Shown here piece after piece: positions 15,396 to 32,868 of a stretch of 64,000 nucleotides of DNA; positions within the stretch are counted from its first letter, which is position 1, and each line of letters begins with the position of its first letter. The translations under genes were made by a program, and so were the position numbers. The notes beneath the pieces are model-generated. The model saw nothing but the letters and a program-made list of their open reading frames with translations, was not told the DNA's origin and made no database searches. Origin of the DNA: the human T2T-CHM13v2.0 reference genome, Homo sapiens. The DNA lies in assembly GCF_009914755.1 (NCBI RefSeq), contig NC_060925.1; one strand, 5' to 3'.

Positions 15396-17214
15396 CATTT
15401 AGTAGTCATCGCATTTTGGCATGTCTTTAGGTCTGAGACTCTCAAGTTATTCTTTTTCTTAAGTAGATTCCAAACTCAGGATCTTTCTGATCTCTTTTGG
15501 TCTCTTTAGAATCTTTTAAATTGATTATCTATGGAGTTTGATTACCTAGAGGTTCAAATTGACTGAAGTCAACTTCTTGGGACTCCTTTGAGTACAGAAT
15601 TTTATTCTTCCCTTTGCAACCACAGAACTGGCTGGATTCTGGTGAGCTCCTGAAAGTTATTATTTGGTAATCTGTAGTTTTTAAGATTTGTTCGGTTGGC
15701 ATACCCTTATGTATCTACATGAACCTTAAATTTAATTTATTCTCTTCCAAAGTACTCAAAGACTTTGGTAGAGAAAAAAGTTTTATACGCATATTTTAAA
15801 ATCATGTTACTTTCCATGTGATCTAAAAGTCATTTTCTGTGGAAAAGAGATCAGTGTTTTAAAATTATAGCTTTTTCTTTTTTTTTTTTTAAGCTTTTCC
15901 TATTTTGGTGGTAGGCAAAGGAAGAAGTTCTGTTGTAATTTATAGTGCTCAAAATGCTAATTGGCTGCATAAAAAAAGGCACCTTAATTTTTCTTTTCTC
16001 TGATTGAGATAAAATTATTTGGTAGCTCTTAGAAAGACCAAAGGCTGAGGGGAGGAAGCTGAAATGATGACATATAGCTATGTAGCTACTAATATATGTA
16101 AATAGAAATTCTGAATCTGTAGATAATCTAAATGAGACTGCTTAAAGGGAATGGCAGAGCTTTTGACTCACATGTAGTTAGTGTAGTTAATAAAATTTTG
16201 TTGATATCAAGATGGCATTAAACTGTTGGATAAATTCTAAATATGTGTTCAATTTAAATCTGAGGTAATTTTTACAGTTTAAGGCATTGTTTATTTTATA
16301 CCTTTTACCAAATGCTATGATATGCTTTTAAATGTAACTGATGGCATTTAGTAAATCTTTATATGTATTTAAAAGCATTATCAATGGAAAAGTTTATAAA
16401 TTTTGTTCTCTGGTTATACAACTGTGAGAGCCTATTTTAAGGGTGAAGTACAGGGGCTAGTAACTAAAAATCACGACCTTTCTACTGGCTATTTCTACAG
16501 GCTGTAAATTTTGGCCAAATACTTTGGAGGATTTAAATAGTTCTCATGAGATTCAGCTTTACAAATCCAAATTTAAAGTGCCATGGCAAATGTATCTTTG
16601 GTATTTTTTGTCCTAATTATCTAGCATAAAACCAAAGTGTACATTTATTAAATGCATTATGATTATTAGACTGAATTGCTGCAATTTACGTATCTATAGC
16701 AGAAACATAGTTTGGAATAATAGATTTAAAGTTTCTGTTTCTATTCAGTGGCAGATGTTAACACATTCTAAGTTGGAAACCCTCATGGTAATAGATTTTG
16801 ATTGAGAACTTGTCAGTCATTGTAGCAGCTGCTTTAGACCACATTTATATTTAAATAGGAGAAAGTGATCTGTTTAGAATTTTTAAAGTTGTTGCCATGG
16901 CAAAGTAACTTGCTATTTCATCTTTTTATCTGCCATCGAAGTGATCTGTCTGGCTGCTTATTCCCAGGAGTAGGGGGGATGAACTGTTCTGTTGGAAAGC
17001 TTATATTAGGACAATGCTGAATGCTTCCTAATGGGATATAAGTTAGAAAGACTAAAGCTTTCAGAAACCATGGCTTTGGTTAGGTATAATTAGAATTGAT
17101 TTTTTTCTCAATTAAAAACAGGCAAGATAAAGCTAAAACATTTTTTAAGAAGAAAAATATGAGCTTAATTTAACACCACTTTTGACAAATTCAATGAATA
17201 ACATATTCAAATTA

Positions 17215-17675
<461 letters not shown>

Positions 17676-18496
17676 ACCATGGCATCATAATCTGATTTGG
17701 TATAAATGATTTTGTGTTTCATATTTACTTTGATTACATTAAATTTCTTAAAAGGAAGAATATTAGTGCAGTTCTTTTCAGGCTAATAATTACCTACATG
17801 ATGGATATTAACTCCATACTAAAGCTTAATTTTTTTATTTGTTTATGTCATCAGACAATGTATACACTAGTAGTCAAAGCCACACAAATTGAGGGTGATT
17901 GGCAAGTGGCAAATTGTCATTTGCCAACAAAGTCCTCCCGAATAAAAGAATTTGACTTTCAGAGGCACGCACAAGGGAGTGAGAAGATTTGCACCAGTAG
18001 TTGTATATTGTAAGGCTGACATGTCTTTGATTAACTTGAGATATTTTGTATTATATTGGCTTGGCAGCTTTAAGGCATACTGCATATTTGTAATGTCATA
18101 TGCTAAAATAATGTGACTATTGTGACATTTACTGAGACAAAATTATGATTTCTTGGTCATCTGAGCATATGGAAGACCATCTAATAAAATATCAAGTCTT
18201 GTACTTAAAAGGAAGATACTCACTTAATACCTAAGCAGCTTTTCAAATAGGAAAGGACTTTTAACCTCAAGCCCAAGAGAAAGCAAGGCAGTGTCAAATT
18301 TATCAGGTCTTCTTTCTATTCTACTGGCTATTTGGTAATGCTTTTATGGCTAACTACTTGAGAGAAATGAGTACATTAGCTGAAGGTAACACTTATTTTG
18401 TTTTTCAGAGATGCAGAAATATAAAGATACGGAGAACATGAGAAGTTAAAAAGCAACTAAAGGAAAGTTTGGGTCATTGATTTTGTGGTTTCAGTA

Positions 18497-18850
18497 CAGT
18501 CATGTACCACATAAGGATGTTTTAATCAACAAACAACTGCATATACAATGGTGGTCCCATAAAATTATAGTAAAGCTGAAAAATTCCTATCTCCTAATGA
18601 CATTATACCTGTCATAACTTGTATTGCAACACATGATCTTTTCTATGCCTAGATACACAAGTACCATTGTGTTACAATTGCCTAAATTTAGTACAGTAAC
18701 ATGCTGTATAGGTTTGTAGCCTATAAGCAATAGGCTATAGCATCTATTAACAGGTTTGTGTAAATGCACTCTGATGTTCGCACAATGATGAAATCACTGA
18801 ATAAAGGCGGTTTTCAGAACATCTATCTGTCATTAGGAGATGCATAACTG
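18497..18850 (+). mobile_element. Tigger3a-type TcMar DNA transposon relic
   Basis: TA|CAGTCATGTACCACATAA...TGCATAACTG|TA; terminal inverted repeats with TA TSD. Confidence 0.8.
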
Positions 18851-19456
18851 TACACATATAAAAGCTAATAAAAATCTTACAGAACCCTAAATATTTGTAA
18901 GTTTTAAGTGAATTTTAAGAATTTATCATGTATTATGCATGTTTTAATCACTTAAATATTGGGCAGTGTCTCAGAGACAAATTCAGATATATCTCTGCTA
19001 GGTAAGTTTTACTCAAAAAGGGAATACTCATGAGAAATTTTTAAAGAGGCAGTTTTCTATTTAGTAAGTCTGGAATACCAGTTTTGAAATCCTTAATAAA
19101 TGTCCTTTTTCTTGAATCCTCATATCCATATATGGCCACAAATTAGACTCTCTGTATTTGAATAGACTAGCATCTAAATTATCAGATGATACTGTGGTTA
19201 AACATTTAGTAAGTTTGTGGTTGTATAATTTGGCATGTTGCAGAAGATCTGAACATTGAGAATATATAGTTCATAATTACATTCCAACTGAATAATTACA
19301 TATAATAATAGAAATGGAATTTTAAAAATTAAGAATATAATATATTGATAGTGGTAAAATAGATGCAGGACTGTATCTCAGTCCCTTTTGTCTAAAAGGA
19401 GAAATATTTTATTTGAAAAATACTGATTCCTGATTCCTAAGGGTTTTTACTTGTGA

Positions 19457-19753
<297 letters not shown>

Positions 19754-19779
19754 GTGAATCTTTATTCTTATTTGCTTTT

Positions 19780-20515
19780 CAATTATTTTTCATTGTAATA
19801 AAATATACGTAAAACTTGTCATTTAAAACAATTTTTAAGCGTATATAGTTCATTAACATTACGTTCATAGAGTTGTGCAACCATTATCACTATCTATTTA
19901 CAGAACTTTATCATCATGTCAAACTCAAACTCTGTACCCATTAAACAATAACTTTCCATTTTCTCCTTCCCCCAGCCCCTGGGTAACCACTGTTCTATCT
20001 CTGTATGTGAATTTGACTATTCCAGATATCTCATGTAAATAGTCATATAGCACTGGATTTTGTGTTCGTATTGTTGTGTCTTTTTTCACTCAACATAATG
20101 TCTTCAATGTTTATTCATGTTATATAGCATGTGTGGAATTTCATTTTTAAGGCTGAGTACTATTACATTGAATGTATACACATTTTGTTAATCCATTCAT
20201 CTATTCACGGACACTTGGATTGCTTCTACCTTTTGGCTTTTTGTGACTAGTGCTGCCATGAACCTGGGTGTACAAATATCTGTTTGAGTGCCTGCCTTTA
20301 CTTCTTTTGACTGTAGACCCAGAAGTGGAATTGCTCAGTCATACGGTAATTCTATCTTTCACTTTTTGAGGAATCATCATACCATTTTCCATGGCAGCTG
20401 CATAGTTTTACATTTCCACCAGTAATGCACAAGGATTCCAGTTAATTCACATCCTTGCTAACACTTGTTATTTTCTTTCTTTTTTTAGTAGCCATCCTAA
20501 AGGTCATGAAGTATA
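19780..20515 (-). mobile_element. L1MB-type 3'UTR fragment
   Basis: GTTGTGCAACCATTATCAC, CCCAGAAGTGGAATTGCT, TTACATTTCCACCAG motifs. Confidence 0.85.
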
Positions 20516-20694
20516 TTCTTATTTGTTTTTACTTCTGCATAAGATTACCCTGTCTTCACTGGATATGCTATTTCTTCTTTGGAAAATCTTGCTCAATATA
20601 AAAGACAAATTACTTAGATAAGGTATGGCGAGAAAAAGCTCAATGTATTTGTTACATTAAGGAGGAATTCTCTCTAAAAAGAGAATTGCTAAAT

Positions 20695-20850
20695 AAGTTC
20701 ATTCATTCATTCAAAAATGTGTATTGAATGCCTGCTCACTCTATGTTGGGCAATGTGCTAAGCATTGAGTATACAGTGATAAATGAGAAAATCATGGCCC
20801 CTGCTTTGAGGGAACTTGCATTGTAGTGGGAGAGACATATGACAAATTAA
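20695..20850 (-). mobile_element. L2 fragment
   Basis: (TTCA)n followed by TATTGAATGCCTGCT...GCCCCTGCTTTGAGGGAACTT. Confidence 0.6.
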
Positions 20851-21243
20851 TGAATACAAAATTAAAATATAACTGTCATGAAATTTATATGACATTGTGC
20901 CTTCAAAGACAATGTATACAATATTCAGTGAAAATAGTAATATTAAATAAAGAATATATATTGCAAGATTGTATTTATACCAACTATAACCTCATTTTTA
21001 AAAATGCTTGTGAAAGAAAACAATGTCAACAAAATGCTAACAGTGGTTCTAGGATGATCCAATTCATTGATTTTTTTTTCTTAACTAAAATTTCTTCAGT
21101 GTGCATATATTGTTAATTTAGAAATTGCAAATAATTACATAAACAATAAATTAATAATTTAGGGATGATGTTTAATTTGACTTTCCTGTTGCCAGTGGTG
21201 ACCAAAAAGTGCTAAGTATTATTGAACATTTTATCTACCTTAA

Positions 21244-21307
21244 TTATGCCAAGTAAATCCAGGGCTTATTGTGATTTATACCAAGTAAATCCAAGGTTTT
21301 TTATGAT
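21244..21307 (+). repeat. 2 x 32-bp tandem repeat
   Basis: TTATGCCAAGTAAATCCAGGGCTTATTGTGAT / TTATACCAAGTAAATCCAAGGTTTTTTATGAT. Confidence 0.8.
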
Positions 21308-21519
21308 TGAATGTTAATTTTAGCTCTAGGAAGGTAGTTCTTATTTTTGGTCAGTTTGCAATACTATTAGGATATCGGGGACAAAATGGAAAGTATGATT
21401 TTAAAAACTGCTCAGTATTTATTAATGGAAAATTGTCATTTTTATAAGAAAGAAATAGTGGAAAATTCACTATAGTTCTTTCTGGCTAAAAAGTGTGTAA
21501 TATATGAGTATATAAAATA

Positions 21520-24184
<2,665 letters not shown>

Positions 24185-24360
24185 AAATAGTACTGAATTT
24201 TGAATAACTGTAATTGTGAATTGATGTTAAAATCTGATTGAAAGAGTACATCTTAGCACAACAATACGGTATATTGCCTAGTAATAGAATAATGCTTCAA
24301 GAAGGAGCTCTGGAGAGGGGACGGGGTGCTTATTTAAAAAAAAAAAAAAAATTTGGCAAG

Positions 24361-24658
<298 letters not shown>

Positions 24659-25200
24659 TTAGTAATAACCGTTTATTAGATGCCTGATATTTATCATACA
24701 TTGCATGAGGCATTAGCATGCAGTATTTCTAACCTTGTAAAAGTAGGTAGTATAGATGAGAAAATTGAAGCCCAGGAGAGTCAGTTAATTTTTCCAAAGT
24801 CACAAATTAATATGTATATTTGGAGTGAAAAACAGTTATTAAGAGAGAAGCTGAAGGTGATTTCCAATAAGCCCTAGAAATGGATGTTTCCGTAGGATTC
24901 TGATGTCTGATTCAGAATTACTAGCTACATAGTAATCTGACCTGCCCAGTTTACAAGATAACTAGCTTGGAATTCATTTGGTTTCCTCGACGCTTTCTAG
25001 CAGGAAGCTTTTCTCAAGAAGCAATCCCTGCATTGAAGTGAGAGAAAATGGAGGTCAGGTGACTAATTAGAGTTTGGATGTATAAGAATTCAATAAAAGG
25101 AAGGAAAAGTAGATATTATTTAAGATATGCTGAGCTTAATCGTGTTTTCTTATGGGATTTAAGTAGCTTCTTGTGATTTAAATGTTTAAAAGAAATGTAA

Positions 25201-25524
<324 letters not shown>

Positions 25525-25672
25525 TTATGCCGTTTCTTACAGATAGGAGTTGAGTCTAATTGAATAGAAAAATTATTCATTAAAAAGTATCCTGTTAGCA
25601 TTTATAGGAAATTAAAAAGATATATCAGACTCCCATAGTACCCTAAACGTTTATATCCATTTATTCTGTTTT

Positions 25673-26189
<517 letters not shown>

Positions 26190-26425
26190 TCAATCTTGGT
26201 ATACATTTAAAATAGATTTTTGGAATACATTTGAGGTTAAATTTCCTTAAAAAATAACAACAACCTATGTTGTTTGCTTGAAAAATACCTGGCAGGAGCA
26301 TAAATGGCAATCTTACTCTCCTTAGTTTAGAGAGATTTCATCTGTAAGAAAAAATTTTCAAAGGCCAAAACTTCTAAACCTTTTATGATATTTTTACTAC
26401 ATGCTTGTTCCCCCTTACTGTACCT

Positions 26426-26513
26426 TAATTCATGGTACTTAAAATTTTAATCTACAGCAGCCAGCCAAAGAAACCAACAATTTCTGTTCAACTAGAAGGT
26501 AGGAATTGACACC
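26426..26513 (+). repeat. Copy 1 of an 88-bp dispersed direct repeat (copy 2 at 28392-28479)
   Basis: 9 mismatches over 88 bp by manual alignment. Confidence 0.92.
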
Positions 26514-27020
26514 TGTGTTTTTGTTTTTTGAAAAAACACAAATTATTCTTCTTTTATAAAATCACCTAAATTGTGTGAGCTTTGCTTGACATGTTAATGT
26601 GATCATTACCTGTTAGTAATACACTAATGAGCTTGGCCTCTTTTTTTTTTTTTTTTTAATCTCCCACATTTTCCAGAACAGCCCCAATTTGTCACAATCA
26701 GGATTATTTTATCTGCTGTATTTGCTAAGTATTATTTTACTCTCCTTCTTAATTTATTTTATTAAAAGTGATTTTCTTAAGTATGTGATTTAAGGTTTAT
26801 CAGTGGGTTTTATTTTCAAGTAACTTCTTATATAAATATTTATCTATGTAAATTTATAACAGAAAAGGCCTTTTCTGGACTGTGTTTTGTTACAGTTTTC
26901 TTAGTTATACTTTGTCAGCTTCAGGGCTGCATTAAGTTCCACTAGGTTGGTATCTTATTGCTTGAAAATTGTTCTATCGAAACGTGCTATTAACCAGCCA
27001 GTCTTCCGATTCTCTCACTT

Positions 27021-27520
27021 GTAGTAGGCAGAATAATCCGCCTCCCTGCAAGATGTCTGTGTCCTAATACCTGGAATTTGTGGATATATTAATTTATGTG
27101 CCAAAGGAGAATTAAAATAACAAATGACATTAAGGTTGTTAATTAGGTATCTTTAAAATAAGATTATTTTGGATTATCTACATTGCCCAGTGGTAATCAC
27201 TAGCATCCTTAAATTGTGGAAGAGGGACCCAAAAGTGCTATTTGAGAAAGACTTTATTAGCCATTGCTGGTGTTGAGGATGGAGGAGTGGGAAGCATGAA
27301 CAAAGGAATTAGGGCAACATTTAAAAGCTGGTTAAGGCAAGAAAATGGATTCTCCCTCTAGAGATTCCAGAATGAAACAGCCCTGCTGACATCTTGATTT
27401 TTGCCTAGTGGGACTCGTTTTAGTTTTCTCATCCCCAGAACAGTAACATAATAAATTTGTTTTCCTTTAAGCCACCAAATTATGGTAATTTGTTATGACA
27501 GTCATAGAAAAATAATAACA
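27021..27520 (+). mobile_element. MLT1 (MLT1D-like) solo LTR
   Basis: TGTAGTAGGCAGAATAAT...GGATTCTCCCTCTAGAG...TAAGCCACCAAATTATGGTAATTTGTTA. Confidence 0.85.
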
Positions 27521-27668
27521 CCACCTAACTGTCATGACCTTTGCATTTTGTCACTCACCATAGGCCTGGGTAGATACTCCCTGTTCTGCCTGGGACTGCT
27601 TTTTTCCCTCCCTGATTTCAGAGCTACTGTTACACGCTTTCCACCACTATTAAGGTTGTGATAGCCAG

Positions 27669-27976
27669 GTTTTTTTTTTTTTTTTTTTTTGAGATAGAGT
27701 CTCACTCTATTGCCCAGGCTGGAGTGCAGTGGCATGATCTTGACTCACTGCAACCTCCACCTCCCAGGTTAAAGTGATTCTCCTGCCTCAGCCCTCCAAG
27801 TAGCTGGAATTACAGGTGCCCACTGCCTGCCGCCACGCCGGGCTAATTTTTGTATTTTAGTAGAGACAGGGTTTTACCATGTCATCCAGGCTGGTCTCGA
27901 ACTCCCGACTTCGTGATCCGTATGCCTCGGCCCCCCAAAGTGCTGGGATTACAGGTGTGAGCCACCATGCCTGGCC
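27669..27976 (-). mobile_element. AluS
   Basis: Antisense Alu dimer. Confidence 0.94.
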
Positions 27977-28391
27977 CAACTAGGGTTCTTATTTGCAGGC
28001 AAAAGAATTTACTGTAGCTAGTTTCAGCAAGATTTTAAAGCATAGAGAATTGTTAGGAGGGCTAAAGGAGCAGGTTGAGCTTCCAGGAAAGGTTCTCAAA
28101 ACCATACTGCAGAATCAGCCTAAGGAGGTGATAATAATGCTTTGTTCTGAAAGCCACAGAGTCAGGTAGCTCCTACCCCAGGTTCCAGATCATTTTGGAG
28201 ATCTGGCTGCAGATTATCTTGCCTCTTCCTTGACCTAAATCTTCAGTGGTCCACACTGCAATAGACTGTCTGACTCTGCCATTACCTTTCTGATCTTATC
28301 TCCTGTTAGTCTGTCTCTATTCACTTTGTTCTAGGAACATCATTGTCTTGCTGTTTACAAGTCAAATGGCCCTGTAGCAGGAACATGCCTG

Positions 28392-28514
28392 TAATTCATG
28401 ACACTTAAAATTTTAATCTACAGCAACCATTCAAAGAAACCAACCATTTCTATTCAACTAGAAGGTAAGAACTGACACCAGATATTGTAAGAAATTGGGG
28501 CTGTTTTGGAAAAT
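28392..28514 (+). repeat. Composite copy: direct 88-bp copy of 26426-26513 plus inverted 31-bp copy of 26668-26698
   Basis: ATTGTAAGAAATTGGGGCTGTTTTGGAAAAT (28484-28514) is the reverse complement of 26668-26698 with 3 mismatches. Confidence 0.9.
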
Positions 28515-28839
28515 CTTCCCTTTTTACCTTTTTTGTCTGTGGCCACTGAATCACCATTCATTTTTTCAATTACAATTCATATGTCCAGGATGAGAGAGAC
28601 TCCTCGTCCATGCTGATCCAAATAAAGGTTGCTGGTCTCTCTCACCTCAGCTCCATTTGCAGTGGGGATGAAGATCTGTGGGAAAATGAAAGGGTTTTCT
28701 TTTTCAGTTACATCAAGAAGATGGAAAGTAAGTTTTTTTAAAAATAGCCTTTTCTAAACTTTCTGATGACTGATGGAGCCATCATTTGCTCAAACAAGGA
28801 AAGATGTAGCAAAGGGAAGACTTGTTATGTAAATTTAAG

Positions 28840-29612
28840 CCACCACTGAGCCCAGAACACCCAGAACTTTGGAAATTGGCTATTGCCATGTCTGGACTGC
28901 GAGTATGGGAAGGGGACACTGTTCTGTCTGTTGTCCCCGCTACCGTCCCTCTCTCTCAGTATCAACGTAGATCCAGACATTCTGCTTTGCTTACCTCCAA
29001 CCTGACTGTTCCCATACAGAGTTGTGTTAAGCCTCCTTACATGCTGTTAGTGGGAAATACCAAAATTTTGACAAACTGTCCAGTGCATTAATTGTCATTT
29101 ATACACTTGTATTAACTCTCATTTTGACTCCACAAAAAGTGTAATGTTGGTTCGAGCTCGAGAAGGAATCTGGATTCTGGTAGCTTTGCCCAGACCTTGG
29201 GAATCCTCCTCCTCAATACATTTAATTAATGAAATGTTACAGCGAATTCTAAAAAGAGCTAAGAGATTTGTTTTCACTTTAATCGCTGTGATCATTGGCC
29301 TAATTACAGTCACTGCACTGGCCACTACTGCCGGAATGGCGTTACATCAATCTATTCAAACGGGTCATTTTGTTAATGATTGGCAAGCCAATTCCACCCA
29401 AATGTGGAATTCTCAACAAGGCATTGATCAAAAATTGGCTAATCAAATTAATGATTTAAGACAGTCTGTTATTTGGCTTGGAGATTGGGTAGTGAGTCTC
29501 GAACATTACATGCAAATGCAGTGCGATTGGAATACTTCGGATTTCTGTATCACCCCGTATTCCTATAACGAGACTGATCATTCATGGGAAACGGTCAAAG
29601 ACACCTTCTGGG
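28840..29612 (+). pseudogene. env: HERV-K (betaretrovirus, probably HML-3/HERVK9) env fragment: SU C-terminus plus TM ectodomain, frameshifted
   Basis: Peptides [30 protein letters not shown], furin site KRAKR, fusion peptide [41 protein letters not shown] (CX7C). Confidence 0.92.
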
Positions 29613-30179
29613 CATGTGATCTTAATGGTAAGAGTTTCACTACTCAGTCCTCCCTTTCTTTCTGGTGCGGAGGCAGACACCCTTAAAAATGGAGATTTCC
29701 TTTATAGATGTAGATTTCTTTTATAAACATGTTTCAAAATAGCCAGCTAAAAGACAGAAAGGTGTATTTTAGAGACCAATTTAGTTCAGTAGACAGTCTT
29801 TATAACTTAGCTATGGTTTTTTAACTAAAATGACTGAGCTTAGGGCTAAGCCCATTAACTAATAGGGCAAAGAAAGTATTCTCTCTACCTGGACTCCACA
29901 AGGATAGCTCTTATAAAGAAGCAAGCCTATTTTACCTGAGGGCTTACCTTCTATTAGCAAACACTTTATCCACCTTTATTTTCACATTCAGGACAGTATA
30001 GTAATTTAGCCAAAAGATTTGCAGATTCAATTTTTTTAAATCAACTAGTTCCTTAAGCTTTTTATTTGCTTTTTATAAAGAGGCTTTCAAAAGAAGCAAT
30101 AAAAATATTGCAACATTTTTAGAAGCTTCTGCACATCAATAGGCATCCTTGGGTCAGCCAAATTCAGGAGAACTTATTT

Positions 30180-30803
30180 ATTTATTATTATACTTTAAGT
30201 TCTGGGATACATGTGCAGAACATACAGGTTCGTTACATAGGTATACACGTGCCATGGTGGTTTGCAGCACCCATCAACCTGTCATCTACATTAGGTATTT
30301 CTCCTAATGCTATCCCTTGCCTAGCCCCCTAGCCCCCAGCAGGCCCCAGTGTGTGATATTCCCCTCCCTGTGTCCATGTGTTCTCATTGTTCAGCTTCCA
30401 CCTATGAGTGAGAACATGTGATGTTTGGTTTTCTGTTTTTGTGTTAGTTTGCTGAGAATGATGGTTTCCAGCTTCATCCATGTCCCTGCAAAGGACGTGA
30501 ACTCATCCTTTTTATGGCTGCATAATATTCCATGGTGTATGTGCCACATTTTCTTTATCTAGTCTGTCGTTGATGGGCATTTGGGTGGGTTCCAAGTCTT
30601 TGCTATTGTGAACAGTGCCGCAGTAAACATATGTGTGCATGTGTCTTTATAGTAGAATGAATTATAATCCTTTGAGTATATACCCAGTAATGGGATTGCT
30701 GGGTCAAATGATATTTCTGGTTCTAGATCCTTCAGGAATTGCCACACTGTCTTCCACAATGGTTGAACTAATTTACACTCCCATAAACAGTGTAAAAGCA
30801 TTC
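30180..30803 (-). mobile_element. 5'-truncated L1PA nested in the ERV1 internal region
   Basis: L1PA 3' end TTATACTTTAAGTTCTGGGATACATGTGCAG; ORF2 C-terminal peptide (CKLVQPLWKTVWQFLKDLEPEI); TSD GGAGAACTTATTT at 30167-30179 and 30804-30816. Confidence 0.95.
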
Positions 30804-31252
30804 GGAGAACTTATTTTTAAATGCAGTTCTTAAAATGCAATGTTGTTTATTTGGAACATTCCACAGTAATTTAAGATTGTTGTTTGTATGACTTTGCCAT
30901 TTTTTGTGAACATTTGCTGCTTCTGGGGCCTAAACGTTCTATGTGTAAATGTAGATGTAGCTAGAAGGTAGAGTACTCAGTTCTTCAGAAATTAAGCATC
31001 ACATTTTTACGTTGAATCTTGGTTTTGCCTCTCAGATTTCTTTGATCAGCTTAGCCAGTGATTTTTCCTACCTAAGCATGCAAGAAAAAGGATCAAAGGG
31101 GATAGAATAAATAAATCCCTGTGAATTTTCAAAAGCTAGAGTTTGTAACCCCTGTAGTATTGCCATTTATCGCCAGTTTTTGTTTGACCCAGTCAGATAT
31201 TTAAGGCCTCTAGCCAGATTCAATCCAGATAATTATTGGATCCTGTCCAGTT

Positions 31253-31586
<334 letters not shown>

Positions 31587-32289
31587 ACCCTGTCCAGTTT
31601 CTGTTGTGACTTCTGAACCAAGTTCAGATAAAAAATTTACTCAAACCTGTATAGCTCAAAACCGCAAAATCTTGGACTCTGAAGCTCCACTGAGAGAACT
31701 TACCCACAGTCTCTGGTTGTTGTGAGAGAGGAATGGACAGAATGGGCCCAGTGGGTATTTCTCTTGGTCACTGGCTGCTCTTGGGGCTTGCTAGATGCTC
31801 CACTTCATGTCCCACTCTGATGCCATCTGTTACAAAAAAAGACTTTAGACGAATTTAACAGAGTTTAATTGAGCAAGGAATGATTTGCAAATCTGGTAGC
31901 CCCCCTGAACATGAAACATGATAGGTTCAGGGTGACTCTAGGGTTCCCACATGGTCAGATAATATTTAAGGACAGAAAAAGGAAAATGCGTACAGAAAAC
32001 AGAAGTGAGGTACAGAAAGTGCTGTATTGGTTACAGGTTGGTGTTTGCCTTATGTGAACAGGGATTGAATAGGTAGCCTCCTGTGATTGGCCAAGCCTTG
32101 TAATTGGTACAATAGTAGGTTATAATGTATTTACACATCTACTTAGGTTATAGTTCACTATATCCAGAAACCTTTAGGCTGAACCTAAAATAGGTGAGGA
32201 GGCAGCTTCAGGCTATGCTTAATTTAACAACATAAAGAGCTTATATTTGAGTTAAACATACTAAGCTTATATCTCAAGTATGCCACTTC

Positions 32290-32400
32290 CTTTGGTAAGA
32301 AGCTTAAACTTTCCAAGGCTCTGTTTTCTCATCTGCAAAATGGAGATAAGACTTGTACCTCACAGAGTTGCTGTGTGGATTAAGTGAGAAAATGTATGCT
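32290..32400 (+). mobile_element. MIR fragment
   Basis: CTCTGTTTTCTCATCTGCAAAATGGAGATAA...ACCTCACAGAGTTGCTGTG core. Confidence 0.7.
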
Positions 32401-32527
32401 TAGTGTAGTTTGGCTCTTTACTACTCACATTAACATATTAATAGAAGAGGATAAAGTATGTACAAAATGCTCTTTCTAAGAAAGAAGACACATTTTAGTA
32501 ATCAGAATGATTAAATATACTTTAAGC

Positions 32528-32868
32528 CAAGGGTCCCCAACCCCAGCGCCACGGACTGGTACTGGTTTGTGGTCTGTTAGGAACCGGGCTGCACAGCAGG
32601 AGGTGAGTGGCATTATCGCCTGAGCTCTGCCTCCCGTCAGATCAGTGGCAGCACTAGATTCTCACAGGAGCTGTTAACCCTATTGTGAACTGCGCATCTA
32701 AGGGATCTAGGTTCCACTCTTTAAGAAAATCTAATCTGAGGTAGAACAGTTTCATCCCAAAACCACTCCTCCCACTCCCCATTCCACCACTACCCCCACC
32801 CCCAAATTCCCCCACTCCTCCACCCCTGTTCTGTGAAAAAATTGTCTTCCTCAAAACTGGTCCTGCTG
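32528..32868 (+). mobile_element. MER1B hAT-Charlie relic
   Basis: CAAGGGTCCCCAACCCC...CTGTTAGGAACCGGGCTGCACAGCAGGAGGTGAG; 8-bp TSD-like (C/A)TTTAAGC. Confidence 0.85.
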
